Origin: Laetmonice hystrix
Lineage: Eukaryota
Assembly (NCBI GenBank): GCA_965235115.1
Contig: OZ249436.1
Span: forward strand, 25,918,001 to 25,982,000
Length of the DNA stretch: 64,000 bases
Reading direction: 5' to 3'
A model generated the notes under the pieces. The model saw only the letters and a list, made by a program, of their open reading frames with translations. It ran no database searches and was not told where the DNA came from. A program made the translations under genes and the position numbers. Below, one piece after another: positions 63,001 through 64,000 of this stretch; within the stretch, counting starts at the first letter, position 1, and each line of letters starts with the position of its first letter.

Positions 63001-64000
63001 TCAAGTGATTGCTGCATCTATTGTGTGTGCTGCTCGCCAGGACGACTGCATACCTGTCTACTGTGCACACCGTTCGTTCACTTCTATCTCTCGCCATTTA
63101 GCCAACACGTAGTCATACATCATGAAACTTTACCAATAGGTGCGAATGTCATCCATACCAGACTGTTGGCTCAGGCTAAACCAAGTGCAGCTGACCAAAA
63201 GCTTGTCGTGTCACTTGAACTCCACAACCAACAATCAGTAGTATTGTTTTATTCAGCTCTGCTACATAAGATTCAAAAACAAATGCATTAGGCAGTTACA
63301 CCTACAGTTCAAAGGCACAGCTAAGTCAGTTCTGAATACAGGTATATCGCCCATGATAACTTAAACTCCACGAAATTTGGTGGAAAGGAAAGATCCATGG
63401 CCCTGACCTTATCCCTAACCCCTAACCCCTAACCCCAGTTCCTACACCTCCCCAAAACATATCCCTACCCTACCCCTATCCCTGATATTAACCCTAACCC
63501 CTGCCCAAACATTTCGTGGAAAGTTATCATGGGGGATAGAACCTGAATACACAATCATATTCCTCCCTCACTGGGAGAGAGGGGGGAGTAGGCCGGCCGG
63601 CCAGCACTTATCACCAGCACTTACGTAACTCTCTCCCGGCCTGGCCAGGGACCGGCGGCCGCATCACAGTGGGAGATCTGTGTATTCAGAGATGCCAACT
63701 GTCAGACGGCAAAAATATTATTGTGAAGACTATACCCATTAAAACTTACAATTCTGGCCATGTTACCTTTCCAAAACAAGAACTAAACAGCCAGTGGTAT
63801 ACCTGAATCTATACACTTTGTAATTGTTGTATTTGTATATGGCTATCTTAAACAGGTTTAAGGTAGAGCCTGTCAACGTCAGATTACATTATTTCATCAT
63901 AAATAAAAAATATATTGGTAAATTTATGAAAAGAAATATGCAAAGTGATCAATCGTCAATAGCAGCACATATCTATTGACCAAATACACGATTCCTATAT

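Larger units (their letters stand above)
41144..64000 (-). mobile_element. Head-to-tail array of at least 8 Helentron/DINE-1-like units
   Basis: 3' termini (aactagac..) at 41144, 43958, 45408, 48976, 52086, 54461, 55892 and 61167. (TAC)n microsatellites. Hairpin heads at 48781-48975 (x3), 54262-54460 (x3) and 61105-61166 (x1). ~146-bp core repeats. Three body types in the order A,A,B,C,C,A,B,B. Confidence 0.8.

Overview
Eukaryotic, repeat-saturated DNA, most likely from an invertebrate animal (inference from the element types). No intact host gene was recognised; almost the whole window is nested mobile DNA. (1) 1546-10504 (-) is a DIRS1-type tyrosine-recombinase retrotransposon with gag, RT/RNaseH/methyltransferase-like and YR ORFs and complete ITR/ICR ends. 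It sits in a 71-bp minisatellite beside a CACTA-like transposase remnant and is split by a 4.0-kb TAG...CTA DNA transposon (Academ-like), which itself holds a Helentron-like element and a MITE. (2) Two BEL/Pao LTR retrotransposons lie at 16497-23423 and 29008-38067; the second carries a 2.25-kb near-perfect foldback element in gag. (3) From 25530 to the window end runs a large array of non-autonomous Helentron/DINE-1-like elements with ~146-bp core repeats; their stacked 5' hairpin 'heads' and headless bodies suggest repeated insertion into their own 5' end. (4) Several MITEs have TSDs of 4, 5, 7 and 8 bp, and there is one LINE endonuclease fragment. Family assignments come from motif recognition by eye; no database searches were run.
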